From NCBI GenBank assembly GCA_039801905.1, contig JBDRVQ010000001.1:29635-93634 (forward strand): DNA of 64,000 nt. Reading direction: 5' to 3'. The stretch comes from a candidate division WOR-3 bacterium (GTDB lineage Bacteria > Hydrothermota > Tepidihabitantia > Tepidihabitantales > JBDRVQ01). The translations under genes and the position numbers were made by a program. The notes under the pieces are model-generated. The model was not told where the DNA came from and searched no databases. It saw only the letters and a list, made by a program, of their open reading frames with translations. Each line of letters opens with the position of its first letter. The stretch's first letter is position 1. Positions 59,226-64,000 of the stretch are shown one piece after another.

Positions 59226-60140
59226 TTATTTTTTTTCCGGGTCTAAGTGGACAATCACCTCTGTCTCCCCCATCTCACTCTTTATCGCCTCCGCCACCTC
59301 TTCTCCGGTTCGGTGGGCAACATCAAGATGGGTATCATTTTTCAAAGAGATATGAATGGTCACGATCCTCCTCTTCCCGTAGTCGTGAACTTGAATCTCA
59401 TGGGCATCCTTCACCCCTTCTACACCCTGAGCAATCTCCTTGATCCGAGAGACGAGAGCGGGTGAAGGTGCAAAGCCAACCAGAATATTGCTTGTCTCCA
59501 CTATAATTTTAATTCCGGTATAAATAATCAATCCGGAAATCCCGATCCCAAAAAACCCATCCAGCCGGAAGAATCCGAAACGATAGAAGATGAAACCAAT
59601 TAGGACTAAAGCCGTCGCGATGGAATCGGTCCGGTGGTGCCAGGCATCAGCCTGTAAAGAAGGGGAGTTAATCTTCTCTCCCAGTTTTTGGGAAACCCCG
59701 GTGAGAAATTCTTTCACCAAAATGGAGAAGAGCAAAATGCTAATCACCCAAAAATTAGAAAACACTGGTTGGGGCGCCACGAGGCGCTTCAAAGAGTTGA
59801 GAAAGAATTCTAAACCGGCACCAATAAGGAGGAAGGCGATTAAAAGGGCAAAGATCCTTTCTACCCGACCGTGTCCGAAGGGGTGGTGCTCATCGGGAGG
59901 CTTGGCCGAAATCTTAAAACCCACGACGACCAAAAAGGAGGTGAAGACATCCGAGAGGGTATGAAAGGCATCCGCCAATAAAGCGATACTATTGAATAGT
60001 TTCCCTAGAATGAGTTTGATAAAAAAGAGGAGAAGGTTCAAAATAATACTCAAAAGACCTTCAAAATAGCCATAGTTTTTTACCCGGTCTTTGGTATCCA
60101 AGCGAAAGAGAGAGATTAACCAATTGGTAATTTTTTCCAT
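59226..60140 (-). CDS. cation diffusion facilitator (CDF) family metal transporter
   Basis: Six TM helices, HxxxD/HHPFGHGR metal sites, C-terminal cytoplasmic domain. Confidence 0.8.
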   Translation of the reverse strand: MEKITNWLISLFRLDTKDRVKNYGYFEGLLSIILNLLLFFIKLILGKLFNSIALLADAFHTLSDVFTSFLVVVGFKISAKPPDEHHPFGHGRVERIFALLIAFLLIGAGLEFFLNSLKRLVAPQPVFSNFWVISILLFSILVKEFLTGVSQKLGEKINSPSLQADAWHHRTDSIATALVLIGFIFYRFGFFRLDGFFGIGISGLIIYTGIKIIVETSNILVGFAPSPALVSRIKEIAQGVEGVKDAHEIQVHDYGKRRIVTIHISLKNDTHLDVAHRTGEEVAEAIKSEMGETEVIVHLDPEKK

Positions 60141-60159
60141 TAAACCCTCGGGCGAGAAA

Positions 60160-61773
60160 TCATCTTTTTACCTCCCCTTCCCCAACCGGTTGTACCGTTT
60201 CTAATTCCTTCTTCCTACTCTTCTTAAATTCCCAATGCTGAGAAAGGGCGGAGAAAGAGAGGAAAAGGAAACCAAGGGTATAGAGTAAAAGGAAAGGGGC
60301 GAGTGCCAATTCCCAATGGCTCAAGGCATAAATAAGGGTGAAGAGGAGGTAAAATCCCATCCCCATCTCTAAGAAGGTGATTTTAGAGATGGGGCTGAGA
60401 TATTTCTTGTCCCGCAAACTCCCTTTCTTGCCCACAACCGAAAATTTCGGCGTGCGGGTGAATTCACTCTTCTTTCCCCAAAGGGCTTGGAGACAAGCCT
60501 GGGTGTTGATCAAGGAAAGGGAGACGAAGCCCCCAATCAATAGGAAAGCGACCAAAAACCAACTCTTTCTTCCTTTCTCTTTATTCCCATCCAACTTCTG
60601 AACCCGCCGGTAGGATAAGATATAGGTGATGGGATAAGGCAGGACAAAGATGGTGAAAAGGGAGAGGCTTAAATAGTAGAGGTTAACAACCCGAGCCTGG
60701 GAAGAAAGATAAACCGCCCAATAGCTTCCATAATGGTAAAGGGGATTGAGAACAATCTCAGTGTATTTAATTTTGGTAGCCACAATAGGAAAAGAGAGGA
60801 GGGAGAGGAAAAAGAGGATCGGATAGACCAAAGGAGAAGTGAGATGGGTGAAAGAGAAGAACTTTACCCGCCGGGGTAGTTTGGCTCGTAAAACCTCACC
60901 TAAGATCTTTTTGGCGACTTCTACCCCTCCCTTGGTCCAGCGGAACTGTTGTTTCTTAAATCCTTGAATGTCAATCGGCAATTCTCCGGGGCAGACAATC
61001 TCCGGCAGAAAGAGGATTTTATAACCTTTCAGTTGCGCCCGATAGGATAAATCAAGGTCTTCGGTTAAAGTATCATCCTGCCAGTTACCCGCAGCCAGAA
61101 TTGCTTCCTTCCGCCAGACACCACAAGTGCCGTTGAAGTTAATGAAGAGATCAATCTGGGATTTTATATCCTGCTCAAAGAGAAAATGGGCATCTAAGGC
61201 TAATGCCTGACCCTGGGTGAGGATGGAGTAGTCACGGTTCAGATGCCCCCACCGGGTTTGGACCGCGGCAATCTTCTCATCAAGGAAGAAGTAGGGAATG
61301 GTCCTTTTTAGAAAATCCGGAGGCACAATAAAGTCCGCATCAAAGATGGCAATGAACTCACCCCGGGCGGAAAGTAATCCCTCCCGCAAAGCACCCGCCT
61401 TAAATCCGATTCGCTGGGAGCGGTGGTGGAGGGAGATATTATAGCCCAAACCCTTATACTCCTCCACCAAAGAAGCGAGAATGAAGGTTGTCTCGTCCGT
61501 GGAATCGTCCAGAATCTGAATTTCGTATCTCTCCTTCGGATAGTCCAAATTGGTAACCGAAGACAAAAGTCGCGCCACCACATATTTCTCGTTATAAATC
61601 GGGAGTTGGATAGTGACAAAGGGGAAGTAGTTTAAAGGAGGGGGAAATTTCTTCTTCTTATTTTTCCTATTTCTGGTTAGGTAATAGTAGAGGATGATAT
61701 AACCGTGGGTCGCATAAAGGGATAAGAAAAGTAATAAGAGAAGATATAGAGCAAAAAGGAAAGATTCAATCAT
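60160..61773 (-). CDS. processive family-2 glycosyltransferase (cellulose/chitin/hyaluronan-synthase-like polysaccharide synthase)
   Basis: D, DxD (FDADF), and Q(Q/R)xRW (QQFRWTKG) motifs. Multiple TM helices flank the GT domain. Confidence 0.8.
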   Translation of the reverse strand: MIESFLFALYLLLLLFLSLYATHGYIILYYYLTRNRKNKKKKFPPPLNYFPFVTIQLPIYNEKYVVARLLSSVTNLDYPKERYEIQILDDSTDETTFILASLVEEYKGLGYNISLHHRSQRIGFKAGALREGLLSARGEFIAIFDADFIVPPDFLKRTIPYFFLDEKIAAVQTRWGHLNRDYSILTQGQALALDAHFLFEQDIKSQIDLFINFNGTCGVWRKEAILAAGNWQDDTLTEDLDLSYRAQLKGYKILFLPEIVCPGELPIDIQGFKKQQFRWTKGGVEVAKKILGEVLRAKLPRRVKFFSFTHLTSPLVYPILFFLSLLSFPIVATKIKYTEIVLNPLYHYGSYWAVYLSSQARVVNLYYLSLSLFTIFVLPYPITYILSYRRVQKLDGNKEKGRKSWFLVAFLLIGGFVSLSLINTQACLQALWGKKSEFTRTPKFSVVGKKGSLRDKKYLSPISKITFLEMGMGFYLLFTLIYALSHWELALAPFLLLYTLGFLFLSFSALSQHWEFKKSRKKELETVQPVGEGEVKR

Positions 61774-62786
61774 CTTTTCACCTCATATTTGATCCCTTCG
61801 GACAATTTTTCCTGCCATACATTCAGGAAAAGGTCCTTCTCTTTACCCTTCAATTCCAATTTCCAGGTTTTTATTTTACCATCCTTTTCTCTCTGGTCAA
61901 GAACTAAGGGGAAAGAGATTTTCTCTTCGCTTTCCAGAAAAAAATTTCCCTCCCCTTCTAATTTTGTATCCGGCGGTAGAGAGAGGATAATTTCCCCAGA
62001 AACAGGGAGTAGTTTTAATGCCTCCCCGGAGAGGAGAAAGAGACTGTCCCGGTAGAGGGCAAATTTCCCCGAGGAGAAGAGAAGTTTCAAAATCCTTTCC
62101 GGTAGTTCCTCTTCCAAGGTCAAAATACCCTTTTTGCCTTTTCTCTTTAAGTCGTAATTCACCTTGAGGCAGGAGAGCCTTTTTTTGATAATCTCTAAAA
62201 ATTTTCTATCTTTGGGAAAAGAGAAGGTGAGGCGCAGTTTCGGCAAAAAGGGAATCCTTATCTCCCTCATTTCGTTATGCCGACTCAATTTTATCCGAAA
62301 GGCGACCTGAGCGGAAGAATCAAAGGCAAAAATTTCTGTAATCTTCCCTTTGTGGTAACGAATCTTTCCCTGCGCCTTCTCATTGCGCCACGAACCAAGG
62401 AATACCAAATTGGGGCGAAAGATTGTCTCCCCGGATTCCGGATTATCCGAAAGGAGGAGCGCCAAGATTTTGGTGATATCCGAATTTTCGCTTCGCACCC
62501 TCTTCTCCCAGCCGTTTTTCCCTAAGGTGTATTCCCAATCACCCGCCCCTTTATAAAGGAAGCGTTTGCTACCAGAAGGGAGGAAAAGTTTTTCTTCCCG
62601 CTCTTCCCTTCCCAGGAGAAGATTGGTATATCCGGAACCCTTCCCTTCCTTTTGGAGGGGAAGACTGCGGAACTGGTACTCGTAACGAAATCCCTTATAA
62701 CTTTCTATCGTCTCCAAAACACCGGCATAGGTGAAAAGGGAAAAGAGGATTAAAATTCTTCCCCTAAGCGCAAGGTGAACTGCCAT
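61770..62786 (-). CDS. hypothetical exported protein, translationally coupled upstream of the GT2 synthase
   Basis: Hydrophobic N-terminus, no motif recognised. ATGA-type overlap with the synthase. Confidence 0.45.
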   Translation of the reverse strand: MAVHLALRGRILILFSLFTYAGVLETIESYKGFRYEYQFRSLPLQKEGKGSGYTNLLLGREEREEKLFLPSGSKRFLYKGAGDWEYTLGKNGWEKRVRSENSDITKILALLLSDNPESGETIFRPNLVFLGSWRNEKAQGKIRYHKGKITEIFAFDSSAQVAFRIKLSRHNEMREIRIPFLPKLRLTFSFPKDRKFLEIIKKRLSCLKVNYDLKRKGKKGILTLEEELPERILKLLFSSGKFALYRDSLFLLSGEALKLLPVSGEIILSLPPDTKLEGEGNFFLESEEKISFPLVLDQREKDGKIKTWKLELKGKEKDLFLNVWQEKLSEGIKYEVKR

Positions 62787-64000
62787 CTTTTATCTTTACC
62801 TCCGGTTAAAGGGTAAGAAAAGTCTACTCTCACCGGCAGAGGCGGGATATAGACCGCAATCCCAAACCCCCAGCCGAATTTTGTAAACCAAGATTCTTTC
62901 TTTTGCCATCTCCCCGCGCGGAGAAGAAAGGCACCGTCCAAAAAGACTCGGCCCATAATGTTACCGAAGGTGAGGGGGGGGAGTCCAAGTTTTATCTCCT
63001 TAATTAGAGGAAAACGAAATTCCGATTGAAAACCGGAAAGGAAGGTTCCCGTAGTGTCAATAAATTGGTAAGGGGCATAACCCCGGCAGATTTCTCCACT
63101 GATGTAAAAAGAATCCGGGTCTTTACCAAAACTCCCAATATTAAAAAGCCGCAGGGCAAGGGTATAGTCACTAAAGAGATTTTGGTAGCGGCGAAGATCA
63201 AGGTATTCCGTATAGTAGTTTTTAGAGAAGGGACTAATTTCAAAATTGAGGCGCGCCCGAGTTCCCTTATTCGGTCCGAAGAGGGTATAACGGGTATTAT
63301 CAAAGACATAAGCAAAAAAATAGGGAAGGGAGAGGTAGGAAGAGGATTCCTGTAAAACCCATTCCCCCTCGGAGACTTCATAAATCCAAAAATTTAGGTT
63401 TCTCAGACCCAGCCCCATCTCCAACCGGTCCTCCCGGGAGAAGGGATAGGAAATCCCAGGGAAAATTCCCCGGTCGCGGAAGAGATAAGCCCGGTTGGAG
63501 GTCTCCCAGCCGTAGAGAAATTGATAAAGGGTGAAGTTATAATCAATCCGCTCTTTTAAGTACCAATAAGAGAAGTAGAAATTGGAGAAGTCAACTACTC
63601 CGGATAAATCGGTAAGAATGAAGAAGCGGTGGTCCCCTAAGATATCGGAAAGGGCAAGATAAACATAACCAGAGAAAAGCCCCTCACTTAAAGTCAAAGC
63701 CCCATAAGCATAATCCGCACCGAGGGTAAAACCAGTCCGTTCCCCTTCTTCAATAGAGGAGATGGTTTTCCCTTCCGGTGCCGTCTCCTTCTCTACTGGT
63801 TGGAAAACGGGTTTCATCTCTTCTAACTCTCCAATCCCAATTTCCCAAGAGCCGTTCTTAAAATAAGAGAAACATAATTTCCCGTCCGGGGTGAGGGAAA
63901 GGTCGGAGAAACCGCCGAAGAAGTTCGTCCGGAATAATTTCCCATTCTCCCAAAGATAAATCTGTTGATCCCCCGCCCGGAAAAGTAGTTCGCCAGAAGG
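62750..64000 (-). CDS. outer-membrane protein: N-terminal beta-propeller-like region (continues beyond the window) fused to a C-terminal beta-barrel ending in Phe
   Basis: The reading frame stays open from 64000 through the annotated ATG at 63817. C-terminal ...FTLRLGEEF OMP signature with aromatic-rich alternating strands. Confidence 0.5.
   Translation of the reverse strand, partial: PSGELLFRAGDQQIYLWENGKLFRTNFFGGFSDLSLTPDGKLCFSYFKNGSWEIGIGELEEMKPVFQPVEKETAPEGKTISSIEEGERTGFTLGADYAYGALTLSEGLFSGYVYLALSDILGDHRFFILTDLSGVVDFSNFYFSYWYLKERIDYNFTLYQFLYGWETSNRAYLFRDRGIFPGISYPFSREDRLEMGLGLRNLNFWIYEVSEGEWVLQESSSYLSLPYFFAYVFDNTRYTLFGPNKGTRARLNFEISPFSKNYYTEYLDLRRYQNLFSDYTLALRLFNIGSFGKDPDSFYISGEICRGYAPYQFIDTTGTFLSGFQSEFRFPLIKEIKLGLPPLTFGNIMGRVFLDGAFLLRAGRWQKKESWFTKFGWGFGIAVYIPPLPVRVDFSYPLTGGKDKRWQFTLRLGEEF

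Noticed and set aside
59224-59245. T-rich run (GTTTATTTTTTTTCC) between the convergent mtnA and CDF genes as a terminator
   Set aside because: No preceding GC-rich stem could be identified, so I did not annotate an intrinsic terminator.
1-64000. Prophage, integrative element or transposon content
   Set aside because: No integrase, transposase, recombinase, phage structural or plasmid replication genes were found. The tRNA-Lys is not flanked by a direct-repeat att-like duplication that I could detect.

Overview
This 64 kb window is a densely packed, mostly minus-strand stretch of core and envelope genes from what looks like an uncultivated anaerobic bacterium, probably in the FCB superphylum or a related candidate division. 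The lineage guess is inference from the T9SS C-terminal sorting domains, PorV-like outer membrane protein, Kelch/S8 protease, TonB-ExbBD, a group 3b [NiFe] hydrogenase and a 2-oxoacid:ferredoxin oxidoreductase, together with a moderate-AT coding bias.

Genes I can support include:
- core metabolism and information processing: ispH (3' part runs off the window), plsC, cmk, pdxA, alaS, recA, hisC, a dCMP deaminase, an aldehyde dehydrogenase and an MtnA-like isomerase;
- DNA end-processing and nucleoid: addB/addA, ybbR/tsaD, tRNA-Lys(UUU), HU;
- secreted and envelope functions: a large secreted S8 subtilase with Kelch repeats and a T9SS C-terminal domain, a serpin, a GT4 glycosyltransferase and a WG-repeat protein;
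- transport and polysaccharide: an ABC-2 exporter, MlaEFD, a CDF transporter, and a GT2 processive synthase locus with an outer-membrane partner that runs off the 3' end of the window;
- regulation: a sigma-54 enhancer-binding protein following three unknown exported or membrane proteins.

The most unusual feature is non-genic. Four copies of a modular intergenic element sit at about 2.1-2.5 kb, 19.0-19.4 kb (inverted), 33.0-33.6 kb and 56.6-57.7 kb. Each has a roughly 55-nt conserved core ending in GGGGTGTAGCATACAGGGGATGGTATCGGGG, followed by about 17 tandem 12-nt units with an invariant T-A-A-T phase (consensus nnnaRGKYTAAT). Copies differ in optional leader and tail modules, are preceded by promoter-like sequences, and in one copy enclose a two-gene cassette. 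Nothing like this is encoded by the surrounding genes (no cas, reverse transcriptase, integrase or transposase). I consider it the best candidate for an undescribed system: a repeat-RNA or protein-binding-array family.

Other notable signals are a perfect sigma-54 promoter (TGGCAC-N5-TTGC) in front of an eight-gene T9SS/TonB operon, repeated consensus sigma-70 promoters placed 5-8 nt from ATG codons (leaderless mRNAs), and a roughly 10.9 kb, 12-gene minus-strand gene string with repeated ATGA start/stop overlaps.
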